DNA of 64,000 nucleotides from Candidatus Levyibacteriota bacterium (GTDB lineage: Bacteria > Patescibacteriota > Microgenomatia > Levybacterales > UBA12049): positions 530,915-594,914 of the forward strand of contig JACOXU010000001.1 of the NCBI GenBank assembly GCA_016182185.1, written 5' to 3'. The position numbers and the translations under genes are program-made. Under the pieces are notes generated by a model. It was not told where the DNA came from. It searched no databases and saw only the letters and a program-made list of their open reading frames with translations. Shown piece after piece: positions 17,628 through 26,169 of this stretch (position 1 is the first letter of the stretch; every line of letters begins with the position of its first letter).

Positions 17628-18266
17628 TTGATGGATCCGTTTTTGATATTTTCTCTAGTTAGAATTTCTGCGGCATTTCTTATTTTTAAATGGCCTCTTC
17701 CCGGAGTACTTTTTTCTGCACTTCTTGATGGATATGATTGGGATTTTCTGCATACCACAAGCGGATTCAATTATGACATTTATCAAGTATGGGATAAGAT
17801 AATGGATTTGACTTATTTAACTATTGCTCTATCAACAGTGAGGTATTGGAAAGACAAACTGGCAAAAAAGATTGCCTACTTTTTTTACTTCTTAAGAACA
17901 GGCGGTGTTGCTCTTTATTTTATTTTTCAAATAAAACCTCTTCTATTTTTCTTTCCTAATATCTTTGAAAATTTTTTCATCTGGTATCTTATTTTTACAA
18001 ATATAACCAAAAAGCATCTTGTTCCAAAATCTAAACTAGTCTGGGGAATTATAATTTTATCTATTACTATCCCTAAAATAATTCACGAATATGTAATGCA
18101 CATTAAAAATGAACAGCTTTGGTATTTATATGACTTCAACTTTATAGACAAAACCAATGAGGCACTCAGACAATACATGAACTGGCTGGGGTGGGGAAGC
18201 ATTTTTTACATAATCCCATTTGCTCTTGCTCTTTTTGCTGCCGCAAAATATAGAAACAAAAAATAA
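17628..18266 (+). CDS. hypothetical polytopic membrane protein
   Basis: 212 aa, 5-6 hydrophobic helices. No known motif. Confidence 0.45.
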   Translation: MMDPFLIFSLVRISAAFLIFKWPLPGVLFSALLDGYDWDFLHTTSGFNYDIYQVWDKIMDLTYLTIALSTVRYWKDKLAKKIAYFFYFLRTGGVALYFIFQIKPLLFFFPNIFENFFIWYLIFTNITKKHLVPKSKLVWGIIILSITIPKIIHEYVMHIKNEQLWYLYDFNFIDKTNEALRQYMNWLGWGSIFYIIPFALALFAAAKYRNKK

Positions 18267-18274
18267 AGTTTTAA

Positions 18275-18655
18275 TTATTTTATCTTGGTAAAAACAAACC
18301 CTGCAACGTATACCTGCAAGAAACCGCTCGCTGTCCAAACGAGCACCATAAGTAAAGATATTTGAAAACTGGTATAAGATATAAACATTCCCGGAATGGT
18401 TGCGATAATAAAATAAAATTTCGCAAACTCAAGCGGATCTTTTGCCTTAATTTTGTCCCAAAGATACGAAAGTACCAAGCCTACGATAAAAGGGTAGCCA
18501 AAAAAAGCAAGCATCAAAGGATCATCCCACGGTCTGAAAAGAGCAGGATTTTTATATTCTTGAGCAATCGGTGGAAATATCAGTCCGGCAAACCAATTAA
18601 ACCCAAGCCCGACAACTAATAGAATTACTCCTGCAATCAATCCTTTCTTTATCAT
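18275..18655 (-). CDS. hypothetical membrane protein
   Basis: 126 aa, 4 hydrophobic helices. Confidence 0.45.
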   Translation of the reverse strand: MIKKGLIAGVILLVVGLGFNWFAGLIFPPIAQEYKNPALFRPWDDPLMLAFFGYPFIVGLVLSYLWDKIKAKDPLEFAKFYFIIATIPGMFISYTSFQISLLMVLVWTASGFLQVYVAGFVFTKIK

Positions 18656-18707
18656 TTTCTCACCCCCTCTCCGAGAAAATGTCCATATTTCTTATTTTAT
18701 CAGGTTT

Positions 18708-19268
18708 TTACGGCTTGATTACTAATGATGCGGAAATGACCAAAAAAATCCCGATTGAATTTAAAATAAAGGAGACAATTAAAAACTGATAAGTTTTCAT
18801 CTTGGAAATTCCCATAAGACTTACTCCAATCTCATCAGGGAGAGGCGAGGCAACAATAATTGCTCCAACAACAGGCAAAGTCCAGCTGAAATATTTCGAG
18901 TGAAGTAATTTGGTGAAATGGTGATCCCCGTCGACATGATTATAGATAGAAACTATCTCATCCGTTAGGCTATCTTTGATAAATCTGAAAATTGTAACAT
19001 CACCTACCACTGCTCCCAGTCCGGCAACAAGACCTATTTCAATCGGGTTTAGGCTTTCTGACAAAACAAGAAGTATAATTGCTCCTGTTCCAACTGTAAA
19101 TGTAGAAACAAATAAAATCCCTCCAATAAATGCCCCGAGATAACCCAATGACCCCAGTCCCAGCAAAAAAGAATGGAAGATTTCAAGTCTTGAAATAAAG
19201 ACAGCAAAAGCTACACCAACCCCTGTTAAGATCAAATTTTTATATCGCAGATGAAGTTTATGATTCAT
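18708..19268 (-). CDS. hypothetical polytopic membrane protein
   Basis: 186 aa. Gly-rich TM helices (LGLGSLGYLGAFIGGILFV...). No known motif. Confidence 0.45.
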   Translation of the reverse strand: MNHKLHLRYKNLILTGVGVAFAVFISRLEIFHSFLLGLGSLGYLGAFIGGILFVSTFTVGTGAIILLVLSESLNPIEIGLVAGLGAVVGDVTIFRFIKDSLTDEIVSIYNHVDGDHHFTKLLHSKYFSWTLPVVGAIIVASPLPDEIGVSLMGISKMKTYQFLIVSFILNSIGIFLVISASLVIKP

Positions 19269-19351
19269 TTGTCTTTTTAATAATCTTACAAGGAAATTAT
19301 AGCAAAATTTTCATATTTGCTTTTCAGGATAGTCTAATCTATACTTAGCGG

Positions 19352-19873
19352 GTGAATTCCCTAAAATTTTCTTTGGTAATCATTATAGCCTTAGGAGTTA
19401 TAGGTTTAGCATTTATTTACAAAAATAGCTCTCAGGTTTTACCTTCTTCTCAAAAAAATTTTCCTACCCCTACCCCTTCTGCAGAGCCGTCTGTCTGGTT
19501 AACGCCTCTTCCATCTTCGCCAGTTTCTCCAACTCAACCGGCACAATCCGGAAACGGCAACCCCTGTTCGCCTTCAGAAAATTTCCTGTACAATGAGCCT
19601 GGGCGTGCATGGAATTGCGTTTCAAAGACTACTGGGGCTCAAATTGCCTGTTTTGCCCTGGGAGATTCACGTCTTAGCATTAATTCTGCTTCTCCAACAG
19701 GCTGGTGGTGTCAGCTTTCGCTCCAGGTTGAAACCGGGGTTTGTCCTGAAGGGGAAAACTGTGATTGGATGCCCGATAGCTTTACCTATGGAGACCGATC
19801 AAATCAAGAAGACTCATCAGTTATTTACACATGTTTTCGAGGAAGCCCCAACAACTGTCGTAAGGATAAGTAG
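19352..19873 (+). CDS. secreted cysteine-rich protein with PT-rich linker (GTG start)
   Basis: Signal anchor, PTPTPSAEPSVWLTPLPSSPVSPTQP linker, then a 10-Cys domain. An in-frame TAG stop lies two codons upstream of the GTG, so this is the only possible start. Confidence 0.4.
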   Translation: MNSLKFSLVIIIALGVIGLAFIYKNSSQVLPSSQKNFPTPTPSAEPSVWLTPLPSSPVSPTQPAQSGNGNPCSPSENFLYNEPGRAWNCVSKTTGAQIACFALGDSRLSINSASPTGWWCQLSLQVETGVCPEGENCDWMPDSFTYGDRSNQEDSSVIYTCFRGSPNNCRKDK

Positions 19874-19901
19874 CGTCCGCGCGGACTTACCACTTAATGT
19901 T

Positions 19902-20147
19902 TTAGGCCATTGCGCCCATTTTAATATCGCTTACGCCAAGTGCTTCAACTACCTTATCGGGACTGTCATATTTTCCTTCAGGCAACGTCTCCTTGAACCA
20001 TTTTTTGTCTGCTTCTGAGAAATCCGAAAGCTCATTGCATTCCTCGACCAACTCATCCTTTGTTGCCGGATAAGATTGATGGCTCTTCAAATGATCAATC
20101 ATGTTTTTTATGTCCACTCTCATCACCTCCTTTTTTGACTTAAACAC
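19902..20147 (-). CDS. DUF2795 family protein
   Basis: 81 aa. HLKSHQSYPATKDELVEECNELSDFSEADKKWFKETLPEGKYDSPDKVVEAL matches the DUF2795 pattern (YPAxKxELxxxAxxxGAxxEVxxxLxxLPDxxYxSPxxV). Confidence 0.6.
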   Translation of the reverse strand: MFKSKKEVMRVDIKNMIDHLKSHQSYPATKDELVEECNELSDFSEADKKWFKETLPEGKYDSPDKVVEALGVSDIKMGAMA

Positions 20148-20221
20148 TTTACCCCAACGCCAGTAGTAAGTACTCTATAAATCGGTAAGAAGACTGTAAG
20201 AAGGACATCACATCCTATTTT

Positions 20222-20650
20222 CTACATATTGGTCGGCTGGAGCATACCGACCATATTTCCTTCGGTGTCTTTAAACATGACAAATTGCCCAATATCTGGA
20301 ATGTCCATTGGTTTTCCCTGAATTTTTCCGCCTGATTTTTTCACGGTTTCCATATGTTTTTTAAGATTATCTACCGAAATTACGATATGAGGAATCTTAC
20401 CTTCAGGTCCCCATTGAAAAAATCCGCCGTTTATAGCGCCCTTCTTTTTATGCATCCTGTTTTTATCCAAAGGCGTTGTGGTAGCCAAAAGATAGCTACC
20501 CATATCTTTTCCAAGCTGAGTCATTTCCCAACCAAAGACAGTTTCGTAGAATTTCTTTGTACGTTTTTTGTCCCGGGCGGGCATTTCAAAATGTACTACC
20601 GGATTCATTGGCATTTTAATCACCTCCTTATCCTTCTGCTGCTTTTTCAA
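20222..20650 (-). CDS. VOC-family (glyoxalase/bleomycin-resistance fold) protein
   Basis: PVVHFEMPARDKKRTKKFYETVFGWEM ... GGKIQGKPMDIPDIGQFVMFKDTEGNMVGMLQP is the typical beta-alpha-beta-beta-beta VOC module. Confidence 0.7.
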   Translation of the reverse strand: MKKQQKDKEVIKMPMNPVVHFEMPARDKKRTKKFYETVFGWEMTQLGKDMGSYLLATTTPLDKNRMHKKKGAINGGFFQWGPEGKIPHIVISVDNLKKHMETVKKSGGKIQGKPMDIPDIGQFVMFKDTEGNMVGMLQPTNM

Positions 20651-20782
20651 GATCAGAGATTACTAGCTTTTTCATTTTAAGAAATGCCGCAGTTACACGC
20701 TCTGCATAATATCTTATCTGGAGTTAAAGTTTAGCAAAGATTATGAAAGAAATAAATGCAGAAAATTGTAAGAAAATGTATT

Positions 20783-21364
20783 CTATTTTCTTCTCTCCCT
20801 TACTATCCCGATGCGCTTGTTTTGGGCAGTCATTCTAACCAAATAATCAAGCGCTTTCTTATACATTTCCGGTCTGTGTCTTTTTCGGCTTTCAATATAG
20901 GCAATTCTGATTCTCTGATAAGATGAAGACATTTTTTGAAAATTCTCCCAGGCATTTTTCTCTTTCTTTAATGCCCTTGAAATCTCAGAAGGAATTACAA
21001 AGGTTTCGTCGTTATCTTTTTGCGGATCATAAACATGGGCAAGTGCGGCAAGTCCTGCCTTTGTCATCTTTCTTTCTTTGATAAGCTGGCGGATGCGTTC
21101 TTTATTCATTTGGGATAACTCACTTGTGGATTTTCGGGGAGAGAAGCGTTGAGCAAAACTTTCATCATCAACTTTTTTGACAATGCTATCTATCCAGCCA
21201 AAGCAAAGAGCTTCCAAAACTGAATCATCGTACGAGATACGAGCCTTGCCGGTTTCTTTTCGATAGAATATGAGCCAAATTTCAGGCTCCTTTTTGTAAT
21301 TCTTTGACAGCCACAAACGCCACTCCTTCCTGCTTGTGACATAAAGTGTCTTCCCAATCTTCAT
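20783..21364 (-). CDS. YdeI/OmpD-associated (DUF1801-like) family protein
   Basis: YDDSVLEALCFGWIDSIVKKVDDESFAQRFSPRKSTS matches the YdeI/OmdA core. Confidence 0.65.
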   Translation of the reverse strand: MKIGKTLYVTSRKEWRLWLSKNYKKEPEIWLIFYRKETGKARISYDDSVLEALCFGWIDSIVKKVDDESFAQRFSPRKSTSELSQMNKERIRQLIKERKMTKAGLAALAHVYDPQKDNDETFVIPSEISRALKKEKNAWENFQKMSSSYQRIRIAYIESRKRHRPEMYKKALDYLVRMTAQNKRIGIVRERRK

Positions 21365-21376
21365 GAGGAGATTATA

Positions 21377-21850
21377 TCAGAGCCATCGGCGTACTTGCTT
21401 CTTGTAGCTTAGCCATTTCTTGCCGAACTTTCGCTCTAATTGTTTTTCCTCTTTTCTAATCATAAAATCAGTTAAGAAAAAGGTTATAGCTGTAATAAAA
21501 ATTCCGCTTGGTGATCCAAAAAGCAAAGTTGCCCCGAAAAAAATAAATACATTTCCGCCAAGATAGAGCGGGTTTCTTGAAAAGCGATAGGGGCCTGAGG
21601 TGATAAGTTTATTCTGGGGAGCAAGTGAGATTACTTTCATCTTATGCTGGTAAAAGTGAAACGTCGCCCAGACTCGCAGGAGGAACCCAACTGTTAAAGA
21701 CAATAATCCGGCCGAAGTTGCCAGAGGGGATCTGAAGTTGCTTATTCCAAAAAGAAAATCCAGCTTTGTTCCGAGAAAGACAATAATCAATCCTACTATT
21801 ATTACACCAATATTGTGGAGCAGACTTTTGAGAAGATTTCTCAACATCAT
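21377..21850 (-). CDS. isoprenylcysteine carboxyl methyltransferase / phospholipid methyltransferase family membrane protein
   Basis: 4-TM protein with YRFSRNPLYLGGNVFIFFG (RNPxY motif) and a C-terminal EE..L...FG region. Confidence 0.65.
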   Translation of the reverse strand: MMLRNLLKSLLHNIGVIIVGLIIVFLGTKLDFLFGISNFRSPLATSAGLLSLTVGFLLRVWATFHFYQHKMKVISLAPQNKLITSGPYRFSRNPLYLGGNVFIFFGATLLFGSPSGIFITAITFFLTDFMIRKEEKQLERKFGKKWLSYKKQVRRWL

Positions 21851-21857
21851 CTATCTC

Positions 21858-22328
21858 TTACTCGTACTTTATTTCTATGTTATCGCCATCGTGCATCATA
21901 TAGTTTTCGAAGTCTTTACTCTCACTTCCATTTACCAGCATTTTTACTGTTCCTTCAGAGCCGTTTGTTTCGTCAAATAATGTGTTTGAACTAAATTGTT
22001 TGTTCCAGATTCGGAAGAAATTTCCAAGCTTGGTCTCATCTTTTGCAACTACACCCTGCATTTCCATATGCACAACTCCGCTCTTATAATCTTCTACATG
22101 TGTGTGCATTGGCTGATGGACCGCTCCTAAGCCAATATTGTCAGTAAATTCTTGCTTTTTTCCTTTTATGTAAACTGTAAGTCTTGGATGCCAATGCAGA
22201 CCGTTACGGGAAACAACATCAGCTTCAGGTACGGTTTCTTCACTCTTGGACAAGAAAAATATTCCGCCAATAAAAATAATGATTGTGACAAGAATTACAC
22301 CGCCTATTACTTTTACTTCTGTAGTCAT
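21858..22328 (-). CDS. hypothetical membrane-anchored protein
   Basis: 156 aa. N-terminal TM then a soluble domain with His-rich segments (HQPMHTHVEDYKSGVVHMEMQG). No family recognised. Confidence 0.4.
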   Translation of the reverse strand: MTTEVKVIGGVILVTIIIFIGGIFFLSKSEETVPEADVVSRNGLHWHPRLTVYIKGKKQEFTDNIGLGAVHQPMHTHVEDYKSGVVHMEMQGVVAKDETKLGNFFRIWNKQFSSNTLFDETNGSEGTVKMLVNGSESKDFENYMMHDGDNIEIKYE

Positions 22329-22549
22329 ATCTCAAATGTTTCAGAACCTATTATACAGGAAACAACCTTTGTTGCAATAAGGAGGAATAGTTAATCATTT
22401 ACTTCTTAGCGAAAAACGAAAAAGTAAATGGCCAAAAGTATGAAAACTATTAAGAGCAGTCCCAGGTTCTTATTCTCCTGGAATAGTCCTTTCTTTTTTG
22501 CCATAAAAATATCATTTCAAAAAGAAAAAAATTTGTCAATAAGAGAGTC

Positions 22550-22578
22550 TTTATTTTTGTAGGCGCGCATGCTAAAAT
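22550..22578 (+). promoter_or_regulatory. putative sigma-70 promoter of tRNA-Asn (TTTATT-17 nt-TGcTAAAAT)
   Basis: -35-like TTTATT at 22550-22555 and extended -10 tgcTAAAAT ending at 22578, with a 17-nt spacer. The tRNA begins 44 nt downstream. Confidence 0.35.
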
Positions 22579-22621
22579 AGCTTCACAATTAAAGATTGAT
22601 TGAGAGGGTCGAGAATTTAGC

Positions 22622-22696
22622 TCCTCTGTAGCTCAGCGGTAGAGCAATCGCCTGTTAAGCGATGGGTCGGAGGTTCGAATCCTCCCGGAGGAGCCA
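22622..22696 (+). tRNA. tRNA-Asn (anticodon GTT), CCA encoded
   Basis: Folded by hand. Acceptor TCCTCTG/CGGAGGA (one G-U pair), D-arm GCTC-AGCGGTA-GAGC, anticodon stem ATCGC/GCGAT, loop cTGTTAa, T-arm GGAGG-TTCGAAT-CCTCC, discriminator G, CCA. The 5' end is identical to E. coli tRNA-Asn (UCCUCUGUAG...). Confidence 0.9.
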
Positions 22697-22799
22697 AGTT
22701 CTCGACAAAAGAATTTCAACCGAGGATAGTTTATCCTGAACGGAGTCGAAGGAAATCCTCGCGAGGGAGCCCAAATTCGTTAGTATAGCCTTCATCTTT

Positions 22800-23378
22800 A
22801 TGAGTTGGCAATCTTGGCAACATCTAGGAAATTTAAGTCCCAGACAATTTGTCTGTGGATTTTGTAGTGATAAAGTTGGTGCCCACATGGGTTACCATAA
22901 CAGCCATAATGGTCACTTAATTTATATCTGTCCAAATTGTGGAGCTCCTACCTATTTTGTTGGTAACATCCAGCATCCCGGAGCAATAATTGGTAGGAGT
23001 ATAAAGAATCTTCCGGAGGATGTTAATGAAGTTTATAGAGAAATCAGAGAATCTGTACAAAACGCTTGCTATACCGCAGCAGTGCTTTTGGGAAGAAAGC
23101 TATTGATGCATATAGCAGTTGATATTGCAAAAGCTAAAGAAGGAAACTCATTTGTTAGTTATATAGACCATTTGAGTAAATCCGGTTACATTCCACCACA
23201 TGGTGGCAAGTGGCTAACTTTTGTTAAAGATATAGGGAATGAAAAAAATCATGAATTAAAAATTGGAGAAAAAGATGAGTCGGAAAAAATACTAAAATTC
23301 ATAGAAGTTCTATTAATATTCATTTATGAGTTCCCAAATGAATTACCCGACGAAGAGGTCGCTACTCCAACAACATAA
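22800..23378 (+). CDS. Zn-ribbon plus DUF4145 (HEPN-like) domain protein
   Basis: N-terminal CxxC...CxxC ribbon (CGFCSDKV ... CPNCGAP). C-terminal EDVNEVYREIRESVQNACYTAAVLLGRKLLMHIAVDIA...IDHLSKSGYIPPHGGKWLTFVKDIGNEKNHE...ILKFIEVLLIFIYEFP follows the DUF4145 consensus including the (R/K)xxGNxxxHE motif. This domain is usually found fused to restriction or abortive-infection proteins. Confidence 0.6.
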   Translation: MSWQSWQHLGNLSPRQFVCGFCSDKVGAHMGYHNSHNGHLIYICPNCGAPTYFVGNIQHPGAIIGRSIKNLPEDVNEVYREIRESVQNACYTAAVLLGRKLLMHIAVDIAKAKEGNSFVSYIDHLSKSGYIPPHGGKWLTFVKDIGNEKNHELKIGEKDESEKILKFIEVLLIFIYEFPNELPDEEVATPTT

Positions 23379-23386
23379 TTGACAAT

Positions 23387-23926
23387 ATGAAAGTCTCCCA
23401 TATTTCAGAAAAGGAGAGGATTAATCTTTACAAGATTGCAATAGCTCACAATGATGTCACCGAAGCATTATTTACAATACGATTATTTTTAAAAACTGTT
23501 AATGACATACGAGATCCTAACTTTCAGCCCCTTCAAGATGCAATTGTTATCGCATACGCAAGACCTTTTACGGAAAATCGGCCGTATGGACCTTTAGATA
23601 GAAAGTGGGGGATGTTCAGTGGCCATGGGATGCAAAGATTGCACGAGTTGCTTGTAGATACGAGAAATACTTTGATTGCGCATAGTGACAAGTTGTATCG
23701 AAAGGTGCAAATAATTCCTGATGGAACATCAACTGTTCCAGGCTTACCGACAACAAAAGGTCTTGGAATTACAGTAGGAACGAAGAAAATTGCTATAGAT
23801 ATGTTTCCTCGGATCGAAGCGTTATGCCTAGACTTAGGAGGAAGGCTAGATACTGAAATGTTTGATTTACTTGATAGTCTTTATGGAGACAAAGAACTAC
23901 CCTCAGAGCCATTCGACTTGGTATAG
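23387..23926 (+). CDS. hypothetical protein, partner of the DUF4145 gene
   Basis: 179 aa. Begins 9 nt after the upstream stop (operon). No recognisable motif. Confidence 0.45.
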   Translation: MKVSHISEKERINLYKIAIAHNDVTEALFTIRLFLKTVNDIRDPNFQPLQDAIVIAYARPFTENRPYGPLDRKWGMFSGHGMQRLHELLVDTRNTLIAHSDKLYRKVQIIPDGTSTVPGLPTTKGLGITVGTKKIAIDMFPRIEALCLDLGGRLDTEMFDLLDSLYGDKELPSEPFDLV

Positions 23927-24104
23927 AGTAATCGTTTTATTTCCTTCCACCTTTCCCTCAATTGTCCAATCCAACCTGGATTTTCGAAAGCCTCAATTAT
24001 GTTCACCATTTCAGGTATACTGTGCCAAGGTGAGCGGAGTTACGGATTTCTTCGTTTTTCTTCGGATTTTTATAACCCCGGTTAATTTGTGATAACCTTA
24101 AATA

Positions 24105-24827
24105 ATGGAAGTATTATTTTTAATCGCAGCTTTTTTTTCTGAAATAGTTGGAACAGTGGCTGGATTTGGTTCTTCTACAGTATTCTTACCTCTTGCTTTA
24201 CTCTTTTTCGATTTCAAGACCGCCTTGGTGCTAGCTGCTCTACTTCATATCTTTGGCAATATAGGAAGAATTAGCTTTTTCAAGCATGGACTTGACAAAC
24301 ACATGCTTCTGATTTTTGGCATTCCAAGCGTAGTGCTAACTCTTATAGGAGCTTTATTGGTGTCATATCTTCCGCAAGACATACTCAAAGGTATTTTGGG
24401 TATATTTCTTGTTATATATGCAGGTATTTCTTTTTGGAAAGAAGATTTAAAAGTAAAACCATCATTATTCAAGTCGATCTTAGGAGGAGGACTTTCAGGT
24501 TTTCTTGCAGGTTTAATTGGCACTGGCGGTGCTTTAAGGGGAGCATTCTTAACAGCGTTTGGGTTACCAAAAGAAAAATATATCGCGACAGCTGCTGCAA
24601 TAGCGTTGGCAGTTGATATAACGAGAATTCCCTTCTACTTTGCAGGAGGGTTTTTGAGTAGCCAGTATTATTGGTATATTCCGCTTTTACTCGTAATTGC
24701 ACTGGCAGGTTCTTTTGCAGGAAAACAGATTGTAAAGAGAGTTCCTCAAAAGAATTTTAAAAAAATTGTTTTGATAGCTATATTAGTAGTTGGTTTGAGG
24801 TTTATTTTTGATTGGATAATAGGGTAG
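24105..24827 (+). CDS. TauE/SafE (DUF81) family sulfite/anion exporter
   Basis: 240 aa, 7-8 TM. A duplicated GxGGG-type motif (VAGFGSSTVFLPL ... LIGTGGALRGAFL) is typical of TauE/SafE. Confidence 0.75.
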   Translation: MEVLFLIAAFFSEIVGTVAGFGSSTVFLPLALLFFDFKTALVLAALLHIFGNIGRISFFKHGLDKHMLLIFGIPSVVLTLIGALLVSYLPQDILKGILGIFLVIYAGISFWKEDLKVKPSLFKSILGGGLSGFLAGLIGTGGALRGAFLTAFGLPKEKYIATAAAIALAVDITRIPFYFAGGFLSSQYYWYIPLLLVIALAGSFAGKQIVKRVPQKNFKKIVLIAILVVGLRFIFDWIIG

Positions 24828-24994
24828 GCTTATTTCAATAAGCTCACTGCTGGTGTATATTGTAACTTTTTTATTTCCAACCATCTCTATCGCATTTCAC
24901 CAATATAGCTTAGGTTTTTGAAAAGCGTGTATAATGTTGTCAAATTAAGCCTGATTTACCGGTATAGTAATCCAAGGCTCGCGGAACTGAATTC

Positions 24995-26092
24995 CTAATC
25001 TTTGACATCGATTTTTTCTAAATCCTCATCTTTATCTGAAATTTTTATGGTTTTTATTTTGGGTTTTCTGAAATTAAGATAAATAAATACACCTGCGAAG
25101 GCAAAGACCAGTCCCCAAATCAAAACCAGAATACCTAAGTTTTTTGCAGTCAAACCACCTATTAAAGTTTTTTCCGGTTTTTTGGTCGGGGTTGTTTGAG
25201 ATGTTTGAGAAATCCCGGTGGGAGGAACCGGAGTGTTTATAACCGTTTCTTCATTTACTTGACCATTAATATTTTCTTGCTGAACTATTGGAGCCAGAGT
25301 AGGAGCAGAAGTTGGAACCTTAGTCGGTACTCCTGTCGGAGCAGGTGTTGGCGTAGGAGTTGCGCTTTGACCTGCTACGACGGCAAGTTCATTGGAACTG
25401 GCTCCTGCGCTGCAGCCATTCATAGCTTTGACCACAAAATAATAGGTCACTCCAGGTGAGAGATACCCAATTGTGTAATTGTCTTGCTTTCCTACATTGG
25501 GATTCCCATAAATATAATTGCCTGATGAAAGTCCATAGGACACTACATAATAAGAAACAGGATCAGAAACCGTAGTCCAGGTAAGTTTAACCTGGCTTGA
25601 ACTTGGAGAAGTTGCGGAAGATAATGTTGGGGCTCCGGGCACTGCATCTCCGCAACTTGGACTGGTGAAATTAACACTTGCTTGACTTAGGGAAACATTT
25701 ACATCAAGATCTTTGATGTTGAATTTATCAGTTTGGACACTATTTGATTTGACCGTAAAGGTTGCAACATTGGCCGCATTACTATCATGACCCGTGGTCA
25801 CCGTAAGACTGGTCGTTCCTTTAGCGTTCCCATTTATTATAAGATTGGAATCTGTTCCCACAAGTGATATTTCCACCCTGTGGTTATTCACAGGACCGGG
25901 TGTTGATGCATCATCGAGAAGTTTCACTGTAATTTTTGACGTGCTCGTTCCATTGGCAGGAACAGATGAAGGCTCAACCGTAACAGTCGAATTGGACGCA
26001 CTCAAGGCCGCATAGGAAGACCTAGGAAAAATAAAGTTTGAAATAGAATAAAAAAGTATAATTAAAAATAAAAAGATTTTTTTCTCTAGCAT
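24995..26092 (-). CDS. surface protein with Ig/fibronectin-III-like domains, PT-rich stalk and C-terminal TM anchor
   Basis: Signal peptide and beta-sandwich domains (an FN3-like WTTVSDPVSYYVVSY). ATPTPTPAPTGVPTKVPTSAPT linker. C-terminal hydrophobic helix plus a basic tail (LIWGLVFAFAGVFIYLNFRKPK). Confidence 0.5.
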   Translation of the reverse strand: MLEKKIFLFLIILFYSISNFIFPRSSYAALSASNSTVTVEPSSVPANGTSTSKITVKLLDDASTPGPVNNHRVEISLVGTDSNLIINGNAKGTTSLTVTTGHDSNAANVATFTVKSNSVQTDKFNIKDLDVNVSLSQASVNFTSPSCGDAVPGAPTLSSATSPSSSQVKLTWTTVSDPVSYYVVSYGLSSGNYIYGNPNVGKQDNYTIGYLSPGVTYYFVVKAMNGCSAGASSNELAVVAGQSATPTPTPAPTGVPTKVPTSAPTLAPIVQQENINGQVNEETVINTPVPPTGISQTSQTTPTKKPEKTLIGGLTAKNLGILVLIWGLVFAFAGVFIYLNFRKPKIKTIKISDKDEDLEKIDVKD

Positions 26093-26169
26093 TTATCCTC
26101 CGCAGTTTAATTATTACACTTTTGTCCTATTAACTTCCACATGCTGTATAATATATAGTATAGTCAGAA

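Noticed and set aside
22655-22888. 77-aa minus-strand ORF
   Set aside because: It runs through the tRNA-Asn gene (its stop codon is the anticodon loop) and the tRNA promoter, so it is spurious.
24030-24065. Possible attR (gagcggagttacggatttcttcg) matching the tRNA-Asn 3' end downstream of the islet
   Set aside because: Only a scattered 12/19 similarity to cggaggttcgaatcctcc. This is too weak to call a direct repeat, and no integrase is present.
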